Positions 51,001-62,492 of a stretch of 64,000 nt of DNA are shown here, piece by piece. Positions within the stretch are counted from its first letter, which is position 1. The number at the start of each line of letters is the position of its first letter. The stretch is from Azolla caroliniana (taxonomy: Eukaryota > Plantae > Polypodiophyta): contig JBHGNT010000014.1 of the NCBI GenBank assembly GCA_043228905.1, forward strand, positions 13,454,001 to 13,518,000. The letters are read 5' to 3'. Position numbers and translations under genes: made by a program. The notes under the pieces are model-generated. The model was given only the letters and a program-made list of their open reading frames with translations, was not told the origin of the DNA and ran no database searches.

Positions 51001-51672
51001 CTTATCGAACACATCGGAGAATTCTATGTACTTCTTTGGTAGTTGGACCCCCAATTCTTGTGAGCTAGATGAGGGAGTTGCTAAAACCGCAAATACCATC
51101 ATGTCTTCCTTTCTTCCATCCTCTCGTAATTGATGTATAGAGATTGTTGAAATTGTGGGGGATCCTAGATCCTTAGTTGGAGCTTCAAGAGACTTGGATT
51201 GTACGGTGACCTCTTCAATAGTTCTTTTTCTCCAATCAATGGTTGGGTTATGTAACTCAAACCAAGGAAGACCAAGAACTAGAGAGTGCTCCGGACTACT
51301 AATGATGTTAAATGAGATGACACTAGCCAAATTACCTAGGACTACACGAATTGGTTCAGACTCTTCGACTATATCTCCTGATGCTATAGGGCGACCATCG
51401 ATGACTCCTACAGCTACTGGGTTTGGGAGTTTTTTCAAGATGATGTTTTGAGTCAATGCAAACTCGCGATCCATGAAACAAGAATTGGCTCCGGAATCTA
51501 GGAGGGCAGAGGCTAGGGCGCGATGACCTGTAGATGTGCTAAGCTCGACTTGTGCAGAAAAAACTCTACTAACTTGATTTGATGAAATGGAACCACAACT
51601 AGGTACTGACTCTACATAACTAGGATGGTCCAACCAAATGGCTCCTATTTTGGCCGGACTTATTCGTTTAAC
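48028..51672 (-). CDS. pol: Pol of chromovirus C (PR-RT-RH-INT-chromodomain), probably entered by -1 frameshift
   Basis: Open frame of more than 1200 aa with LLDSGA, YLDD, ADASD, HHCC, D-D-E, GPY and chromodomain motifs; overlaps the gag end in the -1 frame. Confidence 0.95.
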   Translation of the reverse strand, partial: VKRISPAKIGAIWLDHPSYVESVPSCGSISSNQVSRVFSAQVELSTSTGHRALASALLDSGANSCFMDREFALTQNIILKKLPNPVAVGVIDGRPIASGDIVEESEPIRVVLGNLASVISFNIISSPEHSLVLGLPWFELHNPTIDWRKRTIEEVTVQSKSLEAPTKDLGSPTISTISIHQLREDGRKEDMMVFAVLATPSSSSQELGVQLPKKYIEFSDVFDKVKANRLPEHRPYDCPIDLQPGKEPPWGPIYNLSPTELEVLREYINENLANGFIQHSKSPAGAPIFFVKKKDGTLRMVVDYRGLNKVTVRNRYALPLISSLLERLSEAKYFTKLDLRGAYNLVRIRPGDEWKTAFRTRYGHFEYTVMPFGLTNAPAVFQHMANDIFRDFLDIFIIVYLDDILIYSKTQEEHDIHVRQVLQRLREYGLYAKLEKCSFDQCQVEFLGYIVSSNGISMDPSKVRTILDWQTPQSVRDVQCFLGFANFYRKFIKDYSKIVLPLTQLTHKNRPFVWSIDVNSAFEGLKQAFTSAPILIHVDPMRRFILEADASDFALGSVLSQIGDDGELHPVAFHSRKFEAAEINYEIHDKELLAIVDSFQQWRHFLEGSSQQIIVYNDHKNLTYFQSARVLNRRQARWAQFLTRFDFVILYRPGMQQGKADALSRRSYMELQPGEAAFESQKQILLGPDRLRIMAMHTINTPGDSRLLDSIREQIATDAFAQEVLSHIIPNRASSSQTQNPRLDYTQFSWHDGLLFRQTLLYVPDGPSRLKVMQQCHDTPMAGHFGIHKTFELISRRYWWPRLRHFVTDYVRSCDTCCRSKKPRHHPYGLLQPMPIPESPWKSISLDFITDLPPSKGFDSILTVVDRFTKMAHFLPCTKTITSQETTDLLMREVFRHHGLPDDIISDRGPQFISKFWRHMFKLLHTSCKLSSGYHPETNGQSERTNQTVEQYLRCFVNYQQDDWVDLLPLAEFAYNNSEHSSTGYSPFFANIGYHPRWTMLEHPELPKNPAAEDRLTRLQEVQDMLLHHLCEAQNTQKKIADRHRRDSSTTFQVGDRVWLLQGSIKTTRPCYKLDYQRFGPYVISGKINDVTFRLDLPPHMRLHPVFHVSLLEPYTTSSIPGRVTPPPPPIDVSNGSEYEVAAILDSKIIRNKLYYLVDWLGYTPNDRTWEPAEHLANASDMVVAFHNQYPHKPSLNSFLPTRATRHRKGGIMS

Positions 51673-52787
51673 ACATCCTCTAATTGGCTCAAGACATCAA
51701 ATCTATTCTCATGGCATGGGCTATTAGGCTTAGTACTTAAGTTATTAGAAGTGATAGTAGAACTTGATGTAGGGTTGTCATGTGCACTTACTTGGTAAAC
51801 TTGACGCCTGGGTTTATGTGGACAATTCACAGCTATATGTCCTGGACCACCACAGTAGAGGCATAGGCGATGCGCCCGACGTCGTTGTTTCTCAGCATCT
51901 GATAAGGGCCCTCGACGTTGTGTCGACTCTATTTCCATCGGAGTGGGACCATCCCTCGTAACGGGTCTAGAACCTTGTGGCGGTGTGGCGACTATAGAAG
52001 CGTATGTCTGTTCCGGTTGGCGGCGTAACATTTGTTGACGTTCAGAACGTCGCTCAAATAGGCGATTATCACATCGCACAGCTCGGCTAATAGCTTCAGT
52101 AAGAGACTTTGGATCTTCATGGAAAGTAAGAAGAAGATCTTTGACATCGTTACGCAAACCCTGACGGAATTGATCCATTAAGGCTGCCTCATCCCAAGGG
52201 ATGTCGCATGCCAAGAGACGGAAATCTGCGGCATAAGCTGAAGCGGGACGATCTCCTTGTCGGAGTCTTCGAATCTTGTTTATTGCAGTCCTAGTGCTAT
52301 CCGTATCTCCAAAACTAGCTTGAAACTCCTTAACGAATGCCTCGAAATCCTCCAGTAATGGTGATTTCTTCTCAAGAAGTGGTGCAAACCATGCTAACGC
52401 TGTACCGCTTAGCAAGGTTCCTATTAATCCCACACGGGCAGCATCAGTTGGATACCGATTGGGATGTAACTGAATCACCAAACAAACTTGATTCAGGAAA
52501 CCTCGAAAGAGAGATCTGGTACCATCAAACTTGGCAGGGAGGCTAATCTTTGGTTCCCTTGGGGAGTTTTGAACCCCCGCCGCTTGTTCTCGTAATGTTA
52601 ATATAGTAGCCTCAAGTTGATGAACCCGTTGTGATAACTCCTCATATTGATGAGCTTTCTCAGTACTGACTTGTTGAAGATCCCCGAGTAGCCTTTGATT
52701 TTCTTGCTCTAATGCCACAAACTTAGTGGTGAGCATATCGAGCTCCGAAAGGACACACATATACTCTTGCTTGCTGACCGACTCCAT
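51660..52787 (-). CDS. gag: Gag of chromovirus C (coiled coil, capsid, CCHC knuckle)
   Basis: 375-aa ORF; LRQG, PMEI and CLYCGGPGHIAVNC motifs. Confidence 0.95.
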   Translation of the reverse strand: MESVSKQEYMCVLSELDMLTTKFVALEQENQRLLGDLQQVSTEKAHQYEELSQRVHQLEATILTLREQAAGVQNSPREPKISLPAKFDGTRSLFRGFLNQVCLVIQLHPNRYPTDAARVGLIGTLLSGTALAWFAPLLEKKSPLLEDFEAFVKEFQASFGDTDSTRTAINKIRRLRQGDRPASAYAADFRLLACDIPWDEAALMDQFRQGLRNDVKDLLLTFHEDPKSLTEAISRAVRCDNRLFERRSERQQMLRRQPEQTYASIVATPPQGSRPVTRDGPTPMEIESTQRRGPLSDAEKQRRRAHRLCLYCGGPGHIAVNCPHKPRRQVYQVSAHDNPTSSSTITSNNLSTKPNSPCHENRFDVLSQLEDVLNE

Positions 52788-53978
52788 AACCGCGGGGGAA
52801 AAAGAAAGAAGGATAAAGAAGAAAGCTTGCTAGGGTTATTGGAGAAAGGGAAAAGAAATATTCGGTTCAAACTGTCGTGACTCTTGAGTAGGAAGCAGAG
52901 AGAGAGCGATGGCGATAGAGATAACGATAACGATAGAGATGGCGAGAGCGGTAGAGATAGCGATAGTGATAGCAAAAGAGAGTGAAAAAGGGAGAGAGTG
53001 CGAGAGAGAGAAAAGTATAAGTGAGAGATAAGAAATGGGAATGAGATTATATTATGAGAAAGAAGATTACAAGGAGTAGGCTAAGGGCTAAAGACTGGTG
53101 TTGAACCGAATGAGTTGTGATGAGTGTATGGACTCTTATTTATAGGCCCTTATGGAGTATTCTAGAATGTTCTAGAATATTTTAGATATTTATGAATAAT
53201 AATAATAATAAATATAATCATGAAATATTCAAGAACATTCTAGAATAATCTAGAATGTTCTAAATATCTCGTAATAACTAAACATATAATTATTATGATT
53301 ACATCTCACATATGTTATTACAATGGTTAAAGTACAATATGTAAACCAAGAGGTTATGGGTTCGATTCCTGGTTCGCCAAGATGAATGTCATGATAAGCC
53401 AAGATGTATGTCTTCATGACACTCGCCGCCGATATCCCTTGGGATGATCAAGCGTTGATGGAGCAATTCCGTTATGGTTTACGCAACGACGTCAAGGATT
53501 TAATCTTGACCTTCCCCGAAGAGCCAAAGTCCTTCACAGAAGCAATCAGTCGCGCGGTGAGATGTGACAACCGCCTCTTTGAGCGACGTTCGGAACGACA
53601 ACTACAGATGCCGAGGGCAAGATCAGAGCCCACCTACGCCTCAGTGGTAGCAAGACCTTTTCCGAGGGAGTCATATAATGCGCCTCTAGCGAATACTCCG
53701 ACTCCGATGGAGATTGACACTACACGTCGTCGAGGGCCATTATCCGAAGAAGAAAAGCAACGACGCCGTACAAATCGACTATGTCTTTACTGTGGTGGAC
53801 CAGGACATATCGCAATAAATTGCCCCCATAGGCCAAGAAGACAGGTAAACCAAATAGTCGCTAGTTCTAATTGTACTAAACCCGAGCCTATTTCAGTAGG
53901 GATATCTGATAGTCCTAATAGTACTAATATCCCAGATCTAGCAAACAAATTTGATGTCCTTAGTCAGTTAGAAGAAGA

Positions 53979-56900
53979 GTTAAACGACTAAGTCCAGCCA
54001 AAATAGGAGCCGTTTGGTTGGACAGCCCTAGATCTGTGCAGCCCATTAGTGGTTCCATTCCCTCTAAGCAAGTTAGTGATGTGTTCGTAGCCCAAGTAAT
54101 AGTTAGTACTAAAAGTACCCCTCCAGTACATGTCCTAGCAGTCCTAGATTCCGGAGCTAACTCTTGCTTTATGGATAAGAAATTTTCTCAAGCTCATAAG
54201 ATATCCCTAAGAAAACTCCAGTGTCCAGCCTCTGTAGTAGTCATTGATGGACGTCCCATTGCTTCCGGAAATATCATAGAAGAGTCAGAGCCCATTAATA
54301 TTGTCCTAGATAACTTAGCATGTGTAGTATCATTTAATATTATTAGTATCCCAGAACATCCTATAGTTAAATAGGATTACCGTGGTTCGAGTTACATAAC
54401 ACAAACATAGATTGGAGAACAAGAGAAATACAGTGTCGACAAACCCAAGGGTCAACTCAGAAGATGGAAACCATTTCGCTACGTCAGTTGCGTAAAGAAG
54501 GGCGCAAGGAGGAAATGTTTCTCTTTGCAATATCAGTAAACCCCTCCAGCACCACTAAAGAAGAATCCACCGTTCAACTTCCCGAGAAGTATCGTCATTA
54601 CGCCGATGTGTTCGATAAAGTACAAGCCAACACACTTCCTCATCATCGACCGTACGATTTCCCCATCGATTTACAACCGGGAAAAGAGCCGCCATGGGGA
54701 CCGATCTACAATTTGTCACCAACCGAGTTGGAAGTCCTTCGGGCCTATATAGAGGAGAATTTGGAAAATGGTTTCATTCGGCATTCGAAATCTCCAGCCG
54801 GCGCGCCCATTTTCTTCGTCAAGAAAAAAGATGGATCGCTTCGTCTCGTTGTAGATTACCGTGGCTTGAATAAGCTTACAATCAGGAATAGGTATGCTCT
54901 TCCCCTTATCTCAAGTCTTTTAGAACGGATCAATGGTGCCAGGTTCTTCACGAAGATCGACTTACGGGGAGCATATAACCTCGTACGGATCCGACCAGGA
55001 GACGAATGGAAGACCGCGTTTCGCACCAGATATGGGCACTTCGAGTATACGGTCATGCCGTTCGGCCTCACTAATGCGCCGACAGTCTTCCAGCACATGG
55101 CTAATGATATATTCCGAGATCTATTGGATGATTTTTTGATCATCTATTTGGATGATCTACTGGTTTATTCAAAGACCCAAGCAGAACATGATTCTCATGT
55201 ACTATTAGTACTAAAACGACTTCGAGAACATGGTCTGTATGCAAAGCTGGAAAAATGTAGTTTTGGGTGCAACCAAGTGGAATTTCTCGGCTACATCATT
55301 TCGTCAGAAGGCATCTCCATGGACCCAGCTAAGGTCAAAACGGTGGTGGAATGACCGACTTCGCGTTCGGTGCGGGATGTGCAATGCTTCTTAGGCTTTG
55401 CCATTTTTTACCGGAAGTTCATACAAGATTACTCAAAGATCGTTCTACCTCTCACACAACTTAGCAGGAAGGGACAACCATTCATCTGGTCTGAAGAAAT
55501 GGACATGGCTTTCGAGAGTCTTAAAAAGGCATTTACATCGGCTCCAATTCTAGCTCATGTCGATCTGGAAAAACCATTCAATATCGAAGCTGACGCATCG
55601 GATTTTGCATTGGGGAGCATTCTGTCACAACAGGGGAATGATGAGAAGCTACATCCTGTGGCTTTTCACTCATGCAAGTTTGACGCCGCCGAAATCAACT
55701 ACGAAATTCATGATAAAGAGCTATTGGCAATAGTGGATTCTTTTATGCAATGGAGGCATTTTCTGGAGGGATCCTCTCATCTAGTCACCGTATTTAGTGA
55801 CCACAAGAATCTTGCCTACTTTCAGGATGCTCGTGTGGTGAATCGACGTCAAGCTCGGTGGGCCCACTTCCTCACGCGTTTCGACTTCAAAATTACATAT
55901 CGTCCGGGGAGGCACCAAGGGAAGGCAGATGCATTATCACGGCGTTCGTATCTAGCACCCCGTCCCGGCGAGCCAGCTTTCGATAACCAAAAACAAGTCA
56001 TCTTGGGACCGGCACGACTACAAGCAACACAAATCTTTGACATGCCTATGGATTCCCGCGTTATCGATACCATACGTGAAGACTTGAAGACAGATGCATT
56101 CGCCCAAGCTATACTAGCACAAATTGATCCCTCTCGAGCGTCGTGTTCACAGTCGCAACCACCAGGTATGGACTATCGGCAATTCAAATACCATGATGGA
56201 TTACTCTTCTTTAAAGAACTTTTGTATGTTCCTAATGGTTCTTGCCGCCTTCAAGTAGTACAAAATTGTCATGACACATATACAACTGGGCATTTTGGTA
56301 GTACTAAAACATTACATTTAGTACAACGAACATTCTGGTGGCCCTGTATGCGACAATTTGTCGAGGATTTTGTTTGGACTTGTGATACATGTTGTAGAGC
56401 GAAAATGCCAATGCATCATCCATATGGTTTATTAGAACCATTACCAATTCCAAGCAAGCCGTGGCAATCCATTGCTCTAGACTTCATCACAGATCTTCCA
56501 GTCTCTAAGGGGTTCAATGCAATTCTAACGGTGGTCGATCGATATACGAAGATGGCTTATTTCTTGCCATGTACTAAGGAGATCTCCAGTGAAGACACGG
56601 CCGAAATTGTCATGCATGAAGTATGTCGGCATCATGGACTTCCCGATAGTATCATCAGCGACTGTGGACCCCAGTTCGTGTCAAAATTCTGGAAGCACCT
56701 TTTTAACATGCTCAAGGTCACTTGTAACCTCTCCTCCGGCTACCACCCACAAACCGACGGCCAAGCTGAACGAACAAATCAAACGCTGGAGCAGTATCTG
56801 CGGTGCTTTCTCAGCTATCATCAAGATGACTGGGCAGATATTCTCCACTTCGCCGAATTTGCCTATAACAACTCTATCCACGCATCCACTAAAGTTACGC

Positions 56901-57577
56901 CATTTTATGCTTATACGGGATGTCACCCCCGGTGGAGTGTACTTGAAACCCCAGAGGTTTCCACAAATCCATGCGCGGAGGATCGTTTGGAGCAGTTACG
57001 CAAGATACAAGCGGATTTATCTACTCATCTCCAGCAAGCTCAACAAACACACAAGGTCTACGCGGATCGTCATCGACTTCGATCCAGTTTTAATATTGGA
57101 GATCGGGTGTGGCTGCTACGACGACACATCAAGACTACTCGTCCATGTGAGAAGTTAGATTATCGGCGATTAGGTCCTTTCCGTATTATTGGACAGATTA
57201 ATGATGTCGCTTTTCGTCTCGATCTACCTCCTCAACTTCGGATACATCCGGTGTTTCATAGTTCTCTCCTCGAACCCTACCACGAGAGCACCATCCCAGG
57301 ACGTCTTATCCAACCTCCACCCCCGATCGAGCTTGAAGTTGGGCCGGAGTACGAGGTTGCCGCCATCCTTGATTCCAAGATTGTTCGCAACAAGCTCTAC
57401 TATCTAGTCGATTGGCTAGGCTATAGGCCCAGCGAACGTACTTGGGAACCGATTGAGAATGTGACCAATGCTCGTGCTCTTCTTGAAGACTTCCATCGTC
57501 AATATCCACACAAACCAGGTCCTCAATCCAAGAGGACTCGTGACACTCTTCGTTTTAAAGGGGGGATAGTGTCATGA
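53979..57577 (+). pseudogene. pol: Pol of chromovirus B, disrupted
   Basis: ORFs 54018-54374, 54464-55354 and 55370-57577. Confidence 0.93.
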
Positions 57578-57864
57578 TATGGCAAGACTTGAACCCATGA
57601 CCTTAGGTTATATGGATCGAGCTCTTGACCATTAGATCATCTATTGTAATACGTAGGATATTATTTTCATTTACATTTTATTATAGGAAATTAGTGTATA
57701 TTCCAGATTTCTCTGGAACATTCTAGAAGCTTCAGGATTACTCCTGAAAACACTATAAAAGAGGGCACTAGGCATTATATTGAACCAAATTGGTTCAACG
57801 CCAGTCTTAAGCCTTTTAGCCACCATTGTATATTCTCTTCATATAATACATATCTTTCTTATCA

Positions 57865-57908
<44 letters not shown>

Positions 57909-58471
57909 CATCTCGCTCACTTCTTCCTTCTCTCGAAGAAGTTCCACACCTCTCATAGTACTAATCCTTCGTTTAGTACTAATTCCTTCTCTGTCTCAGT
58001 ACTGTTCTTGACAAGCCGAAGCACAGACTTCGCAACTACGCACAACGCAAGCTGGAGCACGGATTCCGCAACTCCGCATAAAGCGAGTCGATGCGGACTC
58101 CGTAACGCGAGTCGAAGCGGATTTCGGATACCATCTGAAACCGACCCGACTTGAGCTTGAGGGGGCGTGTTGAGAATCAAGCTCAAATTGGTCTAGTGTG
58201 TGAACTCACCTTGAGAGTGAATAGACACTCCAACGGTCAAGAGTCACCATTATGTCACCACTTTGTATTCTAGCATTTAGTGTGAGTCATAGAATCATAT
58301 TCTATGACACATAACTTATAAGCTTTCACATTCCCCATGCTCCATGAGTCTTGTAGTTAATGAAGAGAGAGGGTGACTACATAAAGCACCCTCCTCCCAC
58401 CTTGTATAATGTTGAGTCTTTCTCCTTTGTCAATATACTTTTACCTTGCGTATTCTCTGTGTTTCACTCAC

Positions 58472-58519
<48 letters not shown>

Positions 58520-59247
58520 ACACACACACATAACTCACATCTCTTCCACTTCACAAGAATCCATCTCTTGATTCTTTACAAGGTTTTATTACGCGGCCAA
58601 AATATCTAGATGTATGCTTACCACATGCACTAAGGATTGCCATTGGACAACTTAGAATATCATCTCACCAACTTGAGAATGAGAATGGTCGTACTAATGG
58701 AGTCCCTAGGGAGGAAAGGGTATGTAGGTTATGCCACATAGAGATAGAGGATGCATACTGTCATGGCAAGACTCGAACCCATGACTTTATGCTACATGGG
58801 TCGAGCTCTTACCATTAGATTAGGAATTGTATTTTGTAGGATATTATTTTCATTTATACTTTATCATAGAAAATTGATGTATATTCCAGATCTCTCTGGA
58901 ACATTCTAGAAGCTTCAAGATTATTTCTAAAAACACTATAAAAGGAGGCACAAGGCATTGTTTTGAACCAAATTGGTTCAACACCAGTCTTAAGCCTCTT
59001 AGCCGATTTGTACTTATCTTTCATATAATATAAGAGCTGCTGTCATCATCCTATTTCTCTCTCTCTCCTCTTCTCACTTCCTCTCTCTCGGGAATCTTAC
59101 GCAGTCCTGTCTTCTTAGTACTAATAGTACTACTCTTCTTAGTACTAATTCCATCTCTGCTTTAGTACTATTCCTGACAGTTTGAACCAATTTTTCCTTT
59201 AGCCTACTTGTCACTCTCCCTCATCCTCCTACCCTTTTCCCTATACT

Positions 59248-60405
59248 ATGGCTACTGTTAGCGCCCAAGAATACCAATCCGTTTTCTCCGAGCTACAGTG
59301 CCTAAAAGAAAAGTTTGTTGCCCTGGAACAAGAAAACCAACGGCTGATAGGGGATCTGCAACAAATCGCTCTAGAAAAACAACAAACGCAACAACAACAT
59401 GGGGAGTTAGCGTTACGGGTACAACAACTCGAAGCAGCGTTGCAACAACAAGGATCCAGTCCCCAAGGATTTCATAAAGAGCCCAAGATTGGACTTCCTG
59501 TGAAATTTGATGGAACGCGTTCGCAATTCCGGGGATTCCTTAATCAGGTACGCTTAGTCATCCAGATGCATCCTTCCCGATATCCCACTGATGCATCTCG
59601 AGTCGGCCTAATAGGCACGCTACTTAGCGGCTCAGCCTTGGCATGGTTTGCTCCGCTTCTAGAAAAACAATCACCCTTACTTAATAACTTTGAAGATTTT
59701 ATTGGTGAGTTTAAAGCCTGCTTTGGAGACACCGACAGCATCAGGACGGCGATCAACAAGATCCGGCGATTGCGTCAAGGCGATCGTCCAGCCTCTGCCT
59801 ACGCGGCGGATTTCCGCCTACTTGCTTCAGATATACCCTGGGATGATCAAGCACTAATGGAGCAGTTTCGCTATGGCTTGCGAAACGATGTCAAAGATCT
59901 ACTTCTAACTTTCCCCGAAGAACCAAAGTCTCTTACGGAGGCAATCAGTCGAGCAGTTCGATGTGACAACCGCCTTTTTGAACGGCGTTCAGAACGTCAA
60001 TTACAGATACCACGCTCTAGGCCAGAGCCCACTTACGCCGCAGTCGCGGCTAAACCGTTTGCACGAGACACACCTCAAGCAAATACTTCGACACCGATGG
60101 AGATCGATACCATGCGTCGACGCGGCCCGTTATCGGAAGAAGAAAAGCAACGACGACGTGCCAATCGATTATGTCTTTATTGCGGTGGACCAGGACATAT
60201 CGCCATCAATTGTCCCCATAGGCCAAGAAGACAGGTAAATCAAATCGTCGCCTGTACTAAACCCGAGTCAATTCTTCCCTTTGGAGTGTCTGATAGTATT
60301 AATAGTACTAATAGAGTGTCAGATAGTATTCATAGTACTAATAGCCCAAGTATCTCAAATAAATTTGAAATCCTTAGTCAATTAGATGAAGAGTTAAACG
60401 ATTGA
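59248..60405 (+). CDS. gag: Gag of chromovirus D
   Basis: 385-aa intact ORF with CCHC knuckle. Confidence 0.93.
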   Translation: MATVSAQEYQSVFSELQCLKEKFVALEQENQRLIGDLQQIALEKQQTQQQHGELALRVQQLEAALQQQGSSPQGFHKEPKIGLPVKFDGTRSQFRGFLNQVRLVIQMHPSRYPTDASRVGLIGTLLSGSALAWFAPLLEKQSPLLNNFEDFIGEFKACFGDTDSIRTAINKIRRLRQGDRPASAYAADFRLLASDIPWDDQALMEQFRYGLRNDVKDLLLTFPEEPKSLTEAISRAVRCDNRLFERRSERQLQIPRSRPEPTYAAVAAKPFARDTPQANTSTPMEIDTMRRRGPLSEEEKQRRRANRLCLYCGGPGHIAINCPHRPRRQVNQIVACTKPESILPFGVSDSINSTNRVSDSIHSTNSPSISNKFEILSQLDEELND

Positions 60406-62492
60406 GTCCAGCCAAAATAGGAGCCATTTGGTTGGACAGCAGCCCTAGATCTGTACAACCCATTAGTGGTTCCATTCCTTCCAAGCAAGTTAGCAATGTG
60501 TTCCTAGCCCAAGTCATTGTTAGTACTAAAAGTACTCCCCCAGTACCCGTCCTAGCACTTTTAGATTCCGGAGCTAATTCCTGTTTCATGGATCGAAATT
60601 TTGCCCAAGCTTCTCAGATATCCTTAAGAAAACTTCCTTGTCCCGCATCTGTAGTGGTCATTGATGGTCGTCCCATTGCTTCCGGGAATATTGTAGAAGA
60701 ATCAGAACCCATTCAAGTTGTCCTAGGTAGTTTTGTGTGTATAATATCATTTAATATAATTAGTAGTCCAGAGCATCCCATTGTCCTAGGATTACCTTGG
60801 CTTGAATTACATAATCCAGCCATAGATTGGAGAACAAGAGAAGTCCGATATCGACCACCCCAAGAATCAACTCACCGAGTTTCGACCATTTCACTCCATC
60901 AACTACGCGAAGAAGGACCCAAGGAGGCAATGTTCCTATTTGCCATATCAGTACATCCTTCTAGCACTATTAAGAAGGACTCCTCAATACAACTTCCGGC
61001 AAAATATCATCCTTATGCCGATGTATTTGACAAGGTAAAAGCCGGTACCCTTCCTCATCACCGTCCCTATGACTGTCCCATCGATTTACAACCAGGAACC
61101 GAGCCACCATGGGGACCAATTTACAACTTGTCACCCACCGAGTTAGAAGTCCTTCGAGCCTACATAGAGGAGAACTTGGCAAGCGGGTTCATCCGTCATT
61201 CGAAATCTCCGGCTGGTGCACCCATCTTCTTTGTCAAGAAGAAAGACGGCTCACTTCGTCTTGTCGTTGATTACCGCGGATTGAATAAAGTCACCATCCG
61301 GAATAGGTATGCACTTCCTCTTATATCAAGTCTTTTAGAGCGAGTTAATGGTGCCAAGTTTTTTACTAAAATCGACCTACGAGGAGCGTATAATCTCGTG
61401 CGGATCCAACCGGGAGATGAGTGGAAGACCGCTTTTCGCACGCGGTATGGGCATTTCGAGTATACTGTTATGCCGTTTGGCCTAACCAATGCACCCGCAG
61501 TCTTCCAACACATGGCAAATGATATATTCAGAGACCTCTTGGATATCTGTTTGATCATTTATCTGGATGATCTCTTGATTTATTCGAAGACCCAGGAAGA
61601 GCACGATTCTCATGTACTATTAGTACTAAAGCGACTCCGCGAGAATGGTCTTTATGCCAAGCTAGAGAAATGTAGCTTTGACTGCAAGCAAGTGGAATTT
61701 CTAGGCTACGTCATCTCCTCAAAGGGCATCGCCATGGATCCAGCTAAAATCCAAACTGTACTAGAGTGGCAAATTCCACGGTCGGTACGAGATGTACAAT
61801 GTTTTCTAGGCTTTGCTAACTTCTACCGTAAGTTTATACAGGATTACTCGAAGATTATTTTACCTCTCACACAACTTACGAAGAAGGGCCAAGCATTTCT
61901 TTGGTCCATCGAAGCAGATATGGCTTTTCGGCATCTTAAGAAAGCCTTTACATCAGCACCGATTCTAGCTCATGTGGATACAAGCAAACCATTCATCATG
62001 GAGGCCGACGCATCAGATTTCGCCCTCGGTAGCATCCTTTCTCAACAAGGCGATAAAGAAGAGTTGCATCCGGTGGCTTTCCATTCGCGCAAATTCAATG
62101 TCGCAGAAATCAACTACGAAATACATGACAAGGAGTTATTAGCCATCGTGGATTCATTTGTACAATGGCGGCATTTCTTAGAGGGCTCTCCACATCAGGT
62201 CATTGTCTTTAGCGATCATAAAAATCTTGCTTATTTTCAGAACGCTCGCGTACTAAATCGACGGCAAGCTCGGTGGGCGCAATTCCTCACGCGTTTCAAC
62301 TTCGAAATCACATATCGACCGGGGAAGCAGCAAGGAAAAGCAGATGCACTATCACGGCGTTCATATCTTGCACCTCGTCCTGGTGACGCAACATTTGATA
62401 ATCAAAAGCAAGTAATCTTGGGACCAACACGATTGCACACGACGCGGATTTTTCACACCCCGATGGATTCACGGATTACCGATGACATACGT
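60393..62492 (+). pseudogene. pol: Pol of chromovirus D (PR-RT-RH), interrupted by an insertion
   Basis: ORF 60402-62672, of which the last ~60 aa are read-through into the inserted LTR. Confidence 0.9.

Larger units (their letters stand above)
47487..53421 (-). mobile_element. Intact, very young Tcn1/Tf1-like chromovirus C
   Basis: 549-bp LTRs at 47487-48035 and 52873-53421 with no difference seen by eye; TSD CTCGC; PPT at 48036-48049; open gag and pol. Confidence 0.97.
46384..58013 (+). mobile_element. Tcn1/Tf1-like chromovirus B, full length, gag interrupted by element C
   Basis: LTRs 46384-46825 and 57570-58013, TSD AGCCG; gag 46900-47486 plus 53422-53991; pol ~53979-57577 with one frameshift and one stop. 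Confidence 0.96.
41359..58580 (+). mobile_element. Full-length Ty1/Copia element carrying nested chromoviruses B and C in its 3' UTR
   Basis: LTRs 41359-41759 and 58168-58580, TSD AGGTT, tRNA-iMet PBS TGGTATCAGAGC at 41760, PPT GAGGGGGCG. Confidence 0.96.
58759..62492 (+). mobile_element. Chromovirus D (5' LTR 58759-59179, gag, pol as far as RNase H), interrupted by element E
   Basis: LTR related to B; open gag and PR-RT-RH; homology to B pol stops at CATACGT (62492). Confidence 0.95.

Noticed and set aside
59248-60405. Domesticated PEG10/RTL-like gene
   Set aside because: Flanked by LTR, PBS and pol with several family copies in the window; an ordinary retrotransposon gag
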